Source: Elusimicrobia bacterium GWA2_51_34 (GTDB lineage: Bacteria; Elusimicrobiota; Elusimicrobia; Elusimicrobiales; UBA9959). Taken from it: 64,000 bases of DNA. The stretch lies in the NCBI GenBank assembly GCA_001799565.1, contig MGTS01000042.1:157793-221792 (forward strand). The letters run 5' to 3'. Positions 25,738 through 35,221 of this stretch are shown here, one piece after another; the stretch's first letter is position 1; each line of letters opens with the position of its first letter. A program made the position numbers and the translations under genes. The notes beneath the pieces were generated by a model, which was not told where the DNA came from, searched no databases, and saw only the letters and a program-made list of their open reading frames with translations.

Positions 25738-26547
25738 CTACCTGGTGAACACGGCCAGATAGTAAATTATGGGCGCGAGGAATATATACGAGTCAAACCG
25801 GTCAAGCACTCCGCCGTGTCCCGGCAGGAGATTGGAAGAATCTTTCACTCCCACGGCCCGCTTAAGCATTGACTCCGCTATATCGGAGACCTGGCCGAAA
25901 ACTCCTATCAGCGCTCCGGCCGCCAGAGCGAAGGCCGGGGAAACGGTTTCTTTGGCGGCAAGGCGCAGAACGAAAACAGAACCGATGGCGAAAATAAAGC
26001 CGGCCGCCGCTCCCTCCCAGGTTTTTTTAGGGCTAATGGTTGAAAGCTTTCGTCTGCCGAAACGCCTGCCGATGACATAAGCGGCTGTGTCCATGATCCA
26101 GACCGTCACTATCAGCATGAAAGTAAGCCATTCGCCGTCGGGCCTTAAGTCCCGCAGGGCTATAAGGTGAAAAAGGCACCAGCTCACCATAAAAATACCC
26201 AGCAAAGTCAGCCCTATGCGCTCAAGGTACTTGTGGGTGGAAAAAAGCTCGTAAATCATGGTAAAGATAACGGTGAGCGTTATAAAAAAACCTGCAAAGT
26301 TATCACCGCCGGCCTGGGCCGCGTAGTTGTGGTCAAAAAAAAGCGCAACCGGCAACAGCATCCCCATGATAAAAAGCGTGGCTCCCTGCACCGGCTTTCT
26401 GCCAAGTTTAAGCAGGGAATTATACTCGTACAGGGAAAGCATGATAACGGTGAAAATAAAACAGGCGTAGGTCAGGCCGCCGACATGGATGAACCAAATT
26501 ACCAGGGGTATGCCGGCTATTGCGGTTAAGAATCTGGGTAAAGGCAT
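25738..26547 (-). CDS. cdsA: Phosphatidate cytidylyltransferase
   Basis: 269 aa multi-TM protein with the C-terminal CDS signature (SxxKRxxGVKDSSNLLPGHGGVLDRFDS). Confidence 0.9.
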   Translation of the reverse strand: MPLPRFLTAIAGIPLVIWFIHVGGLTYACFIFTVIMLSLYEYNSLLKLGRKPVQGATLFIMGMLLPVALFFDHNYAAQAGGDNFAGFFITLTVIFTMIYELFSTHKYLERIGLTLLGIFMVSWCLFHLIALRDLRPDGEWLTFMLIVTVWIMDTAAYVIGRRFGRRKLSTISPKKTWEGAAAGFIFAIGSVFVLRLAAKETVSPAFALAAGALIGVFGQVSDIAESMLKRAVGVKDSSNLLPGHGGVLDRFDSYIFLAPIIYYLAVFTR

Positions 26548-26563
26548 AAATTATAGGCTGATT

Positions 26564-26663
26564 TACAAGTCACAAGTCACAAGCCATATTAATCTCAAGT
26601 TGCAGGTCACAAGTCTGAAGTAAACTCACATTCTGCACTTGTGACGTGTGACTTGTGACTTGC
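26564..26663. repeat. Heptamer-arm hairpin, GTCACAR dialect, AAACTCACATTCT loop
   Basis: tacaagtcacaagtcacaagcc...ctcaagttgcaggtcacaagtctgaagtaaactcacattctgcacttgtgacgtgtgacttgtgacttg. Confidence 0.8.
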
Positions 26664-27371
26664 CTAAGCGCCTCTCCTTCTTTCACGGGCCTGGTAATCC
26701 AGCAGAGCCCGGGTAAACTCCTTCGCGCCGAAATCCGGCCAAAGGGTGTCGGTGACATAAAATTCCGAATACGCGGTCTGCCAAAGCAGGAAATTTGAAA
26801 TGCGCCGCTCGCCGGAAGTTCTTATCAGCAGATCCGGGTCCGGCAAAGCCGGAGTGTAGAGCAGAGCGGAAAAACTTTTCTCGTCCACACTTTTGACACC
26901 CGAAGAAAGAGCGGTGTTGACAGCGTCAAGTATCTCCTGGCGGCCGCCGTAATTTATGGCGACATTCAGCGTCATACCGGTGTTGCCGGAAAGTTTTCGC
27001 GTAGTCTGATCTATTTTTTCCCGCGCGTTCGCGCTCAGAGCGTCAAGCCTTCCGCTTATCACCAGGCGCACTTTTTCACGGTTCAGCTCATCGGCGTAAC
27101 TGGTAATAGCCTGCTCAAGCAGAAACATAAGAGCTTTTATTTCCAGTTTTGAGCGGCTCCAGTTTTCTGTTGAGAAAGCGTAAAGAGTAAGGGCTTTAAT
27201 GCCGGCGTCGCTGGCGGCTTTTACCACGGTATGCACGGCTTCCACGCCTTTTTTATGGCCCGCTACGGCGGGCAGACCGCGGCTCCGCGCCCAACGGCGG
27301 TTGCCGTCCATAATAATGGCCACATGTCCGGGAAGGCGGGCGCGGTCAAGGGTATCAGTAGTGGTTTTCAT
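26664..27371 (-). CDS. uppS: Isoprenyl transferase (undecaprenyl diphosphate synthase)
   Basis: 235 aa with HVAIIMDGNRRWA and RTSGExRxSNFLLWQ motifs. Confidence 0.95.
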   Translation of the reverse strand: MKTTTDTLDRARLPGHVAIIMDGNRRWARSRGLPAVAGHKKGVEAVHTVVKAASDAGIKALTLYAFSTENWSRSKLEIKALMFLLEQAITSYADELNREKVRLVISGRLDALSANAREKIDQTTRKLSGNTGMTLNVAINYGGRQEILDAVNTALSSGVKSVDEKSFSALLYTPALPDPDLLIRTSGERRISNFLLWQTAYSEFYVTDTLWPDFGAKEFTRALLDYQARERRRGA

Positions 27372-27402
27372 TGTAGATAGGGCACAATGACAAGGCTATT
27401 AT

Positions 27403-27520
27403 TGCCATAGGCCGTATGCCATAGGCTTTATGAAGAATTTCCTTAATACGGCTTAAGAGCATATGGCCTATGGCAATAGCCGTATCTAAAATTTACGGCT
27501 TATGGCTTAAGCTTATGGCT
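27403..27520. repeat. Hairpin, CCATAGGC dialect
   Basis: Left arm ttgccataggccgtatgccataggc, loop tttatgaagaatttccttaatacgg, right part catatggcctatggcaatagccgtatctaaaatttacggcttatggcttaagcttatggc. Confidence 0.8.
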
Positions 27521-27527
27521 TTACTTT

Positions 27528-28097
27528 TTACACCGTAAGCAGCTCTTTTTCCTTACCGGCCACAGCTTCGTCAACATTTTTCGTGTAGACATCGGTTGTT
27601 TTTTGCACGGAGGCCTCGTGACGTTCCAGATCATCCTCTGAAATTTCCCCGGCTTTCTGGGCTTTTTTGATTTTTTCAAGGGTATCGCGCCGGATGCTGC
27701 GTATGGCCACCCTGGAATCCTCACCCATGCTATACACCACCTTCACCATCTTTTTACGCTGGTCCTCGGTCATAGCGGGAAGGCTGATGCGTATAACATC
27801 GCCGTTCCGGGAAGGGGACGTGCCAAGATCCGTCTTTCTGAGTTCCAGTTCCACCGCCTCTATTGCGGTCTTGTCCCAGGGTCGCACCTCAATGGTTCTA
27901 GGCTCAGGAATTGAAATGGCGGCTATCTGTTTTAAAGGCACACGGACGCCGTAATATTCAACATATACATTATCAAGCAGCTGCGGATTAGCGCGGCCGG
28001 TACGCAGCGAAGTGAGCTCCCTCTTGAATTTTTCCACTTTTTCCATCATATCCATCTCAAGCTGTTCAAGTATATCGCTTATCTGTGGTCCTGGCAT
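27528..28097 (-). CDS. frr: Ribosome recycling factor
   Basis: RRF-like. The ATG at 28097 (MPGPQISDILE...) follows AAGGAGA at 7-nt spacing. The track start at 28124 is likely an extension. Confidence 0.9.
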   Translation of the reverse strand: MPGPQISDILEQLEMDMMEKVEKFKRELTSLRTGRANPQLLDNVYVEYYGVRVPLKQIAAISIPEPRTIEVRPWDKTAIEAVELELRKTDLGTSPSRNGDVIRISLPAMTEDQRKKMVKVVYSMGEDSRVAIRSIRRDTLEKIKKAQKAGEISEDDLERHEASVQKTTDVYTKNVDEAVAGKEKELLTV

Positions 28098-28274
28098 AAA
28101 AGCATCTCCTTGGCTTTGCGCCACGCAAAGCCGCGAAATATATTTTAATTATATAACTTTAGAGGCCGGCGGGGAAAACAACATTTTCCAAATCCTCCGA
28201 TAAGGGAGGATTTGGGACCTCTGGGACTGATATGGGAAATGAATTTAACAACCTCCGGGCGGATTTTTTTATCT

Positions 28275-28305
28275 GTCATTCCCGCAGCTGTTGGCGGGAA
28301 TCCAG
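28275..28305 (+). repeat. Small palindromic element GTCATTCCCGC-N8-GCGGGAATCC
   Basis: gtcattcccgcagctgttggcgggaatccag. 8-bp stem attcccgc/gcgggaat. Confidence 0.6.
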
Positions 28306-28407
28306 AAATTCATTAATCCCTAGTTTTTTGTTGAATGCTGAAACCTGCCGCCGGCAAATTCATCCCCAACGTCCCAAAAAATCAGTTTTATCTGTTTTTT
28401 TGGAAAA

Positions 28408-28974
28408 TCAGGAAACCGCGGAATCTTCAATAAGTTCGCAGATTATGTGGGCGCAGAGCAGGTGCATTTCCTGGACACGGGGGGTGTCGGTCTCGTCAAT
28501 TACAAGCGCCAGGTCGCAGGCGGGCTTTATAGAACCGCCGCCGCGGCCAAGCAGGCCGAGCGTAAAAAGACCAAGCTCGCTGGCTTTTTCTACGGCCTTA
28601 AGAACATTGGCGCTGACACCTGAGGTGGAAATGGCCACAAGGGCGTCGCCGCGGCGGCCAAGCGCTTCTACCTGACGCTCGAAAACACGCTCAAAGCTGT
28701 AATCGTTTGAAAGGCAGGTAAGTATAGAGGTGTCGGTAGTAAGCGCCACAGCAGCTATGGCGCGGCGCTCTTTTTTAAAACGGCCCACAAGTTCTCCGGC
28801 TATGTGCTGGCTGTCGGCGGCGGAACCGCCGTTTCCGCAAACCAGTATCTTTCCGCCGGATGAAACAACTCCGGAAAGCGCCGCGGCCGCGCGTTCAATT
28901 TCAGGCGCCATGACCGCCATTTTTTCCGCCGCGGCAAGGTGGCTTTTAATGGCAAGAACTATTTTGGGGTTCAT
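28408..28974 (-). CDS. SIS-domain sugar phosphate isomerase (GmhA/DiaA-like)
   Basis: About 189 aa from the ATG at 28974, which forms an ATGA overlap with the pyrH stop. Carries the [11 protein letters not shown] and STSGxS motifs typical of phosphoheptose isomerase. Confidence 0.8.
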   Translation of the reverse strand: MNPKIVLAIKSHLAAAEKMAVMAPEIERAAAALSGVVSSGGKILVCGNGGSAADSQHIAGELVGRFKKERRAIAAVALTTDTSILTCLSNDYSFERVFERQVEALGRRGDALVAISTSGVSANVLKAVEKASELGLFTLGLLGRGGGSIKPACDLALVIDETDTPRVQEMHLLCAHIICELIEDSAVS

Positions 28975-29675
28975 TTTATGAGTGTGCCGACTTTTTCGCC
29001 GTGCAGGGCTTTTTTTATGTTGCCTGGGGTGTGAAGGTTGAAAACAAGGATGGGAATATGGTTTTCCATGCAAAGCGTAAGGGCGCTGGTATCCATAAAC
29101 TTAAGGCCTTTTTTCACCGCTTCCATGTAGGCTATGCCCTTTATGAGCTTCGCTTTTTTGTCTATCTTCGGATCGCCGGTATAAACGCCGTCAACCTGCG
29201 TGGCCTTGAAAATAACATCGGCCCCTATCTCCGCCGCCCTGAGCGCCGCCGCTGTATCGGTTGTAAAATACGGATTGCCGGTGCCGCCCGCGAAAATGAC
29301 CACGCGCCCCTTCTCAAGATGCCGTATGGCGCGACGCCGTATAAACGGCTCGGCCAGGCTTGAAATTTCTATGGCGGTCTGAACCCGGGTGGAAACACCC
29401 TCATGCTCAAGGGCTGACTGCAGCGCCATGGCGTTTATAACGGTGGCTAGCATACCCATATTATCAGACGTAACACGGCCTATCATGCCTTTGCCGTCGC
29501 GCGCGCCGCGCCAGATGTTACCGCCGCCTATAACAACGGCAAGCTGCAGGTCTTTTTTCAGAGCCTGACGTATTTCTCCGGCTATATAGGTAAGCGCATT
29601 CGTATTTATGGCGCGGCTGTCACCCGCGCCTGCTAGGGCCTCGCCTGACAGTTTAAGAAGGACTCGTTTGTACAT
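28971..29675 (-). CDS. pyrH: UMP kinase
   Basis: 234 aa. N-terminus [14 protein letters not shown] and GGGNIWRG motif. Confidence 0.95.
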   Translation of the reverse strand: MYKRVLLKLSGEALAGAGDSRAINTNALTYIAGEIRQALKKDLQLAVVIGGGNIWRGARDGKGMIGRVTSDNMGMLATVINAMALQSALEHEGVSTRVQTAIEISSLAEPFIRRRAIRHLEKGRVVIFAGGTGNPYFTTDTAAALRAAEIGADVIFKATQVDGVYTGDPKIDKKAKLIKGIAYMEAVKKGLKFMDTSALTLCMENHIPILVFNLHTPGNIKKALHGEKVGTLIK

Positions 29676-29687
29676 AATTAAGAAGGT

Positions 29688-29786
29688 TGCAAGTCACAAG
29701 CCAGCATAATTTCAAGTTTCAGGGTACAAGTTTCAAGCAAACTCATATTCTTCACTTGTGTCCTGTGACTTGTGTCTTGTGACCTG
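29688..29786. repeat. Heptamer-arm hairpin, GTCACAR dialect, AAACTCATATTCT loop
   Basis: ttgcaagtcacaagcc...ttcaagtttcagggtacaagtttcaagcaaactcatattcttcacttgtgtcctgtgacttgtgtcttgtgacc. Confidence 0.8.
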
Positions 29787-29790
29787 GCTT

Positions 29791-30699
29791 TTATTCCACT
29801 CCTACAATGTAACAGTCAAAACGCTTTACGGTAATATTGCCGCCGAGCTTTGTTGCCATGTTTTTCACCGTCTGCGACACACTCAGTTTGGCGTCCCGTA
29901 TTGAAGCCTGCTCTAGCAGACATGATTCCTGGTAAAACTTGCTCACCCGGCCTTCCAGCATTTTGGCTATGCCTTCCGGCGACTTGGCTTTATACGGCTT
30001 GCCGGTCTCAGCGGCGATGGCCTTAGAGTCTTCCTCGTCTTTTTCCATCTTGGCGCGATATATCTCCCGTTCTTTCGCCACTAAGTCGGCGGGAACATCT
30101 TCTTTCTTGAGCCACTTCGGGTTCATCGCCACGCTCTGCATGGCAATTTCTTTAGCGAGATTTAAAAGTTCGGCTTCGGCCGCGGGCAACCCGCCATCAA
30201 ATTCCACTTCCACCATGGCTGCTTTTTTGGTGTCGGAATGAAGATAAAAATTCACGGCGGACGCGGGCCCAGCGTGATAAACTACGCCGCGGCGTATCTG
30301 CATATTTTCGCCCATCTTAACGGCCACGGCCTGCAATTTTTCTTTGGCAGAGGCGTTTTCGGCGGGGTTGGCCGGAGCGGCATCGGCAAGCATGGAAGAA
30401 ACAAGCTCCTGAGCTAAACCGGCGACTGCCGGGTTTTTAGCCACAAAATCCGTTTCACAGTTTATTTCTATCATGGCGCATGTTTTGGAGTCGGGGGAAG
30501 TTTTAAGCGCCACTACTCCCTCCTTCATCATGCGTCCGGCGCGCTTGGCAAGGCCGGCAAGGCCTTTTTTCCTTAAAAGTTCAACAGCCTTGGCCAGGTC
30601 GCCGGCGGTTTCTTTCAGGGCGCTTTTACAATCCATTATTCCCGCTCCGGTCCGGCTCCTTAAATTCATTACCTGTTCGCTGGTTATTGTGGCGGTCAT
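29791..30699 (-). CDS. tsf: Elongation factor Ts
   Basis: 302 aa with an N-terminal UBA-like region (LRSRTGAGIMDCKSAL). Lies in the rpsB-tsf context. Confidence 0.95.
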   Translation of the reverse strand: MTATITSEQVMNLRSRTGAGIMDCKSALKETAGDLAKAVELLRKKGLAGLAKRAGRMMKEGVVALKTSPDSKTCAMIEINCETDFVAKNPAVAGLAQELVSSMLADAAPANPAENASAKEKLQAVAVKMGENMQIRRGVVYHAGPASAVNFYLHSDTKKAAMVEVEFDGGLPAAEAELLNLAKEIAMQSVAMNPKWLKKEDVPADLVAKEREIYRAKMEKDEEDSKAIAAETGKPYKAKSPEGIAKMLEGRVSKFYQESCLLEQASIRDAKLSVSQTVKNMATKLGGNITVKRFDCYIVGVE

Positions 30700-30732
30700 A
30701 AGTTATGCTCCATGATAGTAATTGACCAAGTT

Positions 30733-30809
30733 GTTCAGGCTGTAGGGAGTTAGACTATTAGGTAAGAATTCTGATTTGACTAATAGCCTACCGCCTACCC
30801 GCCTGAACA
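30733..30809. repeat. Hairpin, GGCTGTAGG/CTAATAGCC dialect
   Basis: gttcaggctgtagggagttagactattaggtaagaattctgatttgactaatagcctaccgcctacccgcctgaac. Confidence 0.75.
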
Positions 30810-30815
30810 GTTACG

Positions 30816-31670
30816 TTATTCCTCGGTTTTCGCGGATTCAACCGGCGTTTCTAAGGGGGCCTCTTCAACTGCCGGCGGTTCTTCAGCCGAAGGCTGCTCG
30901 GCGGCCGTAAAGTCCGATACCTGGAGTTCGGCCTGCTGCGCGTTGTGGAGTTCCGCCGGCTGGACGGCAGCAGCCTTTGCCGCTTCCGCCTCGGCGCGGC
31001 CGTCTATCACGGCATCGGCCACAATGGCGCAAAAAAGCCGTATGGAACGCGCGGCGTCGTCGTTTCCGGGAATGGGCCAGTCAAGCGCGTCAGGGTCGCA
31101 ATTGGTATCGCAGACGCCAACCAGAGTGATGCCAAGTTTTCGCGCTTCCCGAAGAGCGTTATTTTCCTCAATGGGATCGATTATGAATACAACTTCAGGC
31201 AGATTTTTCATGTGGCGTATGCCCGTAAGCAGTTTCACCAGCCGGTTCTTTTGTTTAGTCAGGCGGGAAACTTCTTTTTTTGACATTACGCGGAAAAGGC
31301 CGTCACTTTCCATCTTTTCCAGATCTTCCAGTCTTTTAACGGACTTTTTTATGGTCTCAAAATTAGTAAGCGTGCCGCCGAGCCATTTTTCGTAAACACA
31401 GGGGACATTAGCCCTTTCGGCTTCTTCCTTGAGTATGTCCTTGGCCTGCTTCTTGGTGCCCACGAAAAGGAAGCGTTTGCCTTCCTTGGCGCAATCCTTC
31501 ACAAAATTGTAGGTCTTTTTAATTTCCTTGACTGTTTTCTGCAAATCCAGGATATGGATGCCGTTCCTCTCTCCGAATATATAACGGGCCATCTTGGGGT
31601 TCCATCTATAGGTCTGATGACCGAAATGCACCCCGGCTTCAAGCATGCTTTTCATTGATATGTTCAACAT
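30816..31670 (-). CDS. rpsB: 30S ribosomal protein S2
   Basis: 284 aa. uS2 N-terminal 230 aa ([11 protein letters not shown]...) plus an Ala/Glu-rich C-terminal extension. Confidence 0.95.
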   Translation of the reverse strand: MLNISMKSMLEAGVHFGHQTYRWNPKMARYIFGERNGIHILDLQKTVKEIKKTYNFVKDCAKEGKRFLFVGTKKQAKDILKEEAERANVPCVYEKWLGGTLTNFETIKKSVKRLEDLEKMESDGLFRVMSKKEVSRLTKQKNRLVKLLTGIRHMKNLPEVVFIIDPIEENNALREARKLGITLVGVCDTNCDPDALDWPIPGNDDAARSIRLFCAIVADAVIDGRAEAEAAKAAAVQPAELHNAQQAELQVSDFTAAEQPSAEEPPAVEEAPLETPVESAKTEE

Positions 31671-31719
31671 CTGTGTTGTTCCTCCGTGCTCTCAACGTTT
31701 CTTTTCCCGCCCTCTGAAC

Positions 31720-31795
31720 AAAGTCACAAGTTTACATGTCTCAAGTCACAAGCCAGAAAGTTCCAGTCTCCCCACTTGCAACCTGTAACTTGCGC
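31720..31795. repeat. Heptamer-arm hairpin, degenerate GTCACAR dialect
   Basis: Left arm caaagtcacaagtttacatgtctcaagtcacaagcc and right arm ccacttgcaacctgtaacttgcg. Confidence 0.6.
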
Positions 31796-31860
31796 CGCAC
31801 TGGAGCAGGATTTCACTTGTGCTATGTTATCATATTAAGGGAGCTTGATTCAACGGTTTT

Positions 31861-31889
31861 TTACACGACCGCTCCATATTTTCTATACT
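31861..31889 (+). promoter_or_regulatory. Candidate promoter of nadE
   Basis: TTACAC - 17 nt - TATACT, 28 nt upstream of the nadE ATG. Confidence 0.35.
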
Positions 31890-31917
31890 CTTATTCTAAG
31901 TCAGAACGCACAATATT

Positions 31918-33573
31918 ATGAAAATAGCCGTGGCGCAGATAAATCCGAAAGTGGGCGATATTGAAGGCAACCTTGCCCGCGTAAAAAAATTCTCCCTGGC
32001 GGCGGCCTCGGCCGGCGCGGAACTGACGGTTTTCCCTGAACTGGCGCTCACCGGCTACCCGCCGCTTGACCTGCTTGAGAATGAAGACTTCATAAAAGCG
32101 AATCTGCGCGCTCTTAAAAAACTAGCCTCCCTTAAAATTAAAACAGCCATTGTGGTAGGGTGTGCGGATTTTAATCATTCTCCGAAAGGCAAGGCGCTGC
32201 GGAACTGCGCGGCGCTTGTAGCGGGAGGCAAAATACTCGCGCTCAGAGCGAAGTCGCTTTTACCCGCCTATGGCGTTTTTGACGAGGCGCGCTATTTTGA
32301 GCCCGCCGCGGAAAACCTGCCAGTGGTATTTAACGGAAGAAAGCTGGGGCTCACCATATGCGAAGATATCTGGGCGGGCACTGAACTTTTACCAAAGCGC
32401 CTGCTTTACAGAAACAACCCCGTTGAAACGCTCTGCGCGCGCAAGGCGGAAATTATTATAAACATCTCCGCCTCTCCTTATTATTACGGTAAAACAGCCA
32501 GGCGGTTCGCCGTACTTTCCGGTCTGGCTAAAAAAATAAAAAAACCCGTTATTTACGCCAACCAGACCGGAGCCAACGACGAACTTATATTTGACGGCAA
32601 CAGTTTCGCGCTTGACGCGAAAGGGCGGCTGACCGCCAAGGCCCGATCTTTCCGGGAAGACCTTATACTGACGGATACCGGTGAAAAAACCGCGCGCGTT
32701 GAATTCGACCTGCCGTCTAAAGGCGCAGAACTGGGCTTGGCTCTCACGCTTGGGATACGGGATTATTTTTTAAAGTCAGGCCACTCAAAGGCCGTGCTTG
32801 GCCTCAGCGGGGGAATAGACTCCGCCGTGGCGGCGGCGCTGGCCGCCCGGGCGCTTGGGCCCGGCAATGTGGAGGCACTGCTTATGCCCTCCGCCTACAC
32901 CTCTGCAAGAAGCGTTTCAGACGCGCTCGCGCTTGCCGGGAACCTGGGAATAAAATCAGAAATTCTGCCCATAAAAAACATTTACTCGGCCTTCCTTAAA
33001 ACGCTTGGGTGCGCGCGAAATAAGAGCGTGCCCCTTTACATGCAAAACTTACAGGCGCGCGCGCGCGGCACGCTTTTAATGGCGCGCGCGAACATTACGG
33101 GGGCGTTGGCGCTTGTAACCGGAAATAAATCCGAGATAGCCGTGGGTTACTGCACGCTCTACGGCGACACGGCGGGCGCGCTTGCCCTGTTAGCCGACCT
33201 GGTGAAGGAGGATGTTTACGCCGTTGCGCGCTGGCTGAATTCCACCGGGGAACTGATACCGCTCTCCATAATAAACCGACCGCCCACCGCAGAGCTAAAG
33301 CCCGGACAAAAAGATTCCGACGACCTGCCTCCTTATAAAATTCTTGACCGAGTGATCCGCCTGTATATCGAGCAGAATAAAAATCCCGCGGCAATCGCCG
33401 CGCTTTCCGGCCTTGGCAAAAAAACCGTGATCGCGCTGTTAAAACGGATTGAGTCTTCCGAATACAAGCGCAAACAACTTCCAACCGGGCTTATAGTTTC
33501 TGAAAAATCATTCTGCGCCGGTAGAAAAATGCCGGTAACTAAAACCATGGATTTTATTTCGCGACACTCATGA
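31918..33573 (+). CDS. nadE: Glutamine-dependent NAD+ synthetase
   Basis: 551 aa. N-terminal C-N hydrolase domain plus a C-terminal NAD synthetase domain with the SGGIDS PP-loop. Confidence 0.9.
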   Translation: MKIAVAQINPKVGDIEGNLARVKKFSLAAASAGAELTVFPELALTGYPPLDLLENEDFIKANLRALKKLASLKIKTAIVVGCADFNHSPKGKALRNCAALVAGGKILALRAKSLLPAYGVFDEARYFEPAAENLPVVFNGRKLGLTICEDIWAGTELLPKRLLYRNNPVETLCARKAEIIINISASPYYYGKTARRFAVLSGLAKKIKKPVIYANQTGANDELIFDGNSFALDAKGRLTAKARSFREDLILTDTGEKTARVEFDLPSKGAELGLALTLGIRDYFLKSGHSKAVLGLSGGIDSAVAAALAARALGPGNVEALLMPSAYTSARSVSDALALAGNLGIKSEILPIKNIYSAFLKTLGCARNKSVPLYMQNLQARARGTLLMARANITGALALVTGNKSEIAVGYCTLYGDTAGALALLADLVKEDVYAVARWLNSTGELIPLSIINRPPTAELKPGQKDSDDLPPYKILDRVIRLYIEQNKNPAAIAALSGLGKKTVIALLKRIESSEYKRKQLPTGLIVSEKSFCAGRKMPVTKTMDFISRHS

Positions 33574-33633
33574 CCCCACCACCTGCTTGCCCGACTTTGG
33601 CGGGCCCTTTCGGTCCCGAAGCAGGTGGTGGGG
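33574..33633. repeat. Perfect 15-bp GC-rich stem immediately after the nadE stop
   Basis: ccccaccacctgctt ... aagcaggtggtgggg with an internal gcccg/cgggc hairpin. Its left 15 nt recur (1 mismatch) inside mnmG at 46444. Confidence 0.7.
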
Positions 33634-33659
33634 TAAACCGCGCCGGCTCCCGTTTCCGC

Positions 33660-33690
33660 CATTTTTCATTTTTCATTTTTCATTTTGCAC
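33660..33690. repeat. Tandem heptamer tract (CATTTTT)x4
   Basis: catttttcatttttcatttttcattttgcac, directly upstream of the Omp85-like ATG. Confidence 0.7.
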
Positions 33691-33695
33691 TCCCC

Positions 33696-35057
33696 ATGTT
33701 CCTCGCCCTGTGCCTTTTATGCACGGCCTCCGTCCACGCCCAGACCGTTAAAAAGAAAAGGAACCCGCTTCCCGCCACTGCCGCTTTGACGGGTCCGCCG
33801 AAGCTGTTTGGCGGAAAACCCGCCCCTCCGACAAAAGCGGAAATAATAAAACCGCTTGAAACGCCGGCCGCCGCTTATCAGGATAACATCGTGGGACGCC
33901 TGATACGCAAACTTTCCGTGGAAACTGCCTACGGCCCGCTGATAACTTTGCCGATACTGGAATCCAGCAAGGATATGGGGGCCGCTTACGGCGTAATGCC
34001 TATAATGGCCATAAGAAACAAAACAGACCGGACCGTAAAAGCGGTGTTGGCGCCCTCAATAAACTATAACCGCAACCTGGGCGCCACTCTAGCCTGGCGC
34101 TACTATATTTTTCCAAATGAGAAACGCCTTATAGTGATGCGCGCGGCCATGTCGCAGCATGTTGAAAAAGACTTTCTTTTCAGTTATTTCGCGCCGGATT
34201 TTTGGAGCAGCCGCCTGCGCCTGCACGCGGAAGCCCGGGACGGAATAACCGGCAAACCCTCTTTTTACGGTTTTGGCCCGGACTCGTCCAAAAGCGCAAA
34301 AGCCAATTACTCCCTGCACCGCCGGGGGGAGGAAATAGGTGTTGAAACGCGTTTAATAAAAAATCTGTATGCGGACCTGACACACTCTTACTATGTCCAA
34401 AGTGTCTCAAGGGGCCCCGTGGCGGGAGTACCGCAGCTGGCCGACACTTTCCCCGCGGCTTTTACCCCGGCCGCCGGGGACAATAACTTTGTAGTCCACC
34501 GCCTGGCCCTGCTTTATGACGACACAGATCATCCCTTCCTGCCGAAGGTAGGCACCTACGCCTCACTTTCCGGCGCCTTCTCCTCAAAGGCCTTTCTGTC
34601 GGATTATTCATACAGCCTCTATACCGCTGAAATCAAGCAGTATTATAATTACAAGGAAGAGGGGCACTTTGTAACCGCTATACACTACCTGCTTCAGGAG
34701 CAGAAAGGCGAAACCCTGCCCTTCTACGCTATGCCGCAGCTGGGCGAATCCACCGGCCTTCGCATGGCGGGGGAGGGCCGCTTCACCGACCGCGGGCGTT
34801 TCGTGGTAAATATAGAAGAGCGGATGACCATTTCACGTTTACCGTTCATGGATTTTATCAGTGAAATTGAAGTAGCGCCTTTTTTGGATGTCGGCACGGT
34901 ATTTCCGGAGCTTTCAAAAATGCGCTTCAGGGATCTTAAATGGGGCCCCGGCGTGGCGATGCGCCTGCTGATAAGACCGCAGGTGGTTGCCACGCTTGAC
35001 TTCGCCTTCGGTTCCGAAGGAACCAACGCCATTATAAAGATAGGGTATCCGTTCTAG
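33696..35057 (+). CDS. Omp85/BamA-superfamily-like outer membrane beta-barrel protein (hypothetical)
   Basis: The start at 33696 gives a signal peptide MFLALCLLCTASVHA. The C-terminus ends in ...KIGYPF (terminal aromatic). Alternating beta-strand-like pattern. Family assignment is tentative. Confidence 0.6.
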   Translation: MFLALCLLCTASVHAQTVKKKRNPLPATAALTGPPKLFGGKPAPPTKAEIIKPLETPAAAYQDNIVGRLIRKLSVETAYGPLITLPILESSKDMGAAYGVMPIMAIRNKTDRTVKAVLAPSINYNRNLGATLAWRYYIFPNEKRLIVMRAAMSQHVEKDFLFSYFAPDFWSSRLRLHAEARDGITGKPSFYGFGPDSSKSAKANYSLHRRGEEIGVETRLIKNLYADLTHSYYVQSVSRGPVAGVPQLADTFPAAFTPAAGDNNFVVHRLALLYDDTDHPFLPKVGTYASLSGAFSSKAFLSDYSYSLYTAEIKQYYNYKEEGHFVTAIHYLLQEQKGETLPFYAMPQLGESTGLRMAGEGRFTDRGRFVVNIEERMTISRLPFMDFISEIEVAPFLDVGTVFPELSKMRFRDLKWGPGVAMRLLIRPQVVATLDFAFGSEGTNAIIKIGYPF

Positions 35058-35079
35058 CGGCCATTCCGGCCGCGCTTTA

Positions 35080-35220
35080 CGCCATAAGCCATAGGCGTAA
35101 ATACTGCCATAAGCTATAAGCCATATGCCATAAGCTTCTAAGGTGGCTCCTTAAAAAGCGTATGGCCTAAAGCATACGGCATATGGCGCGGCTGGAACAG
35201 CCGCCTATGGCTTATGGCAA
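35080..35220. repeat. Hairpin, CCATAAGC dialect
   Basis: Left arm cgccataagccataggcgtaaatactgccataagctataagccatatgccataagc, loop ttctaaggtggctccttaaaaagc, right arm gtatggcctaaagcatacggcatatggcg...gcctatggcttatggc. Confidence 0.8.
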
Positions 35221-35221
35221 C

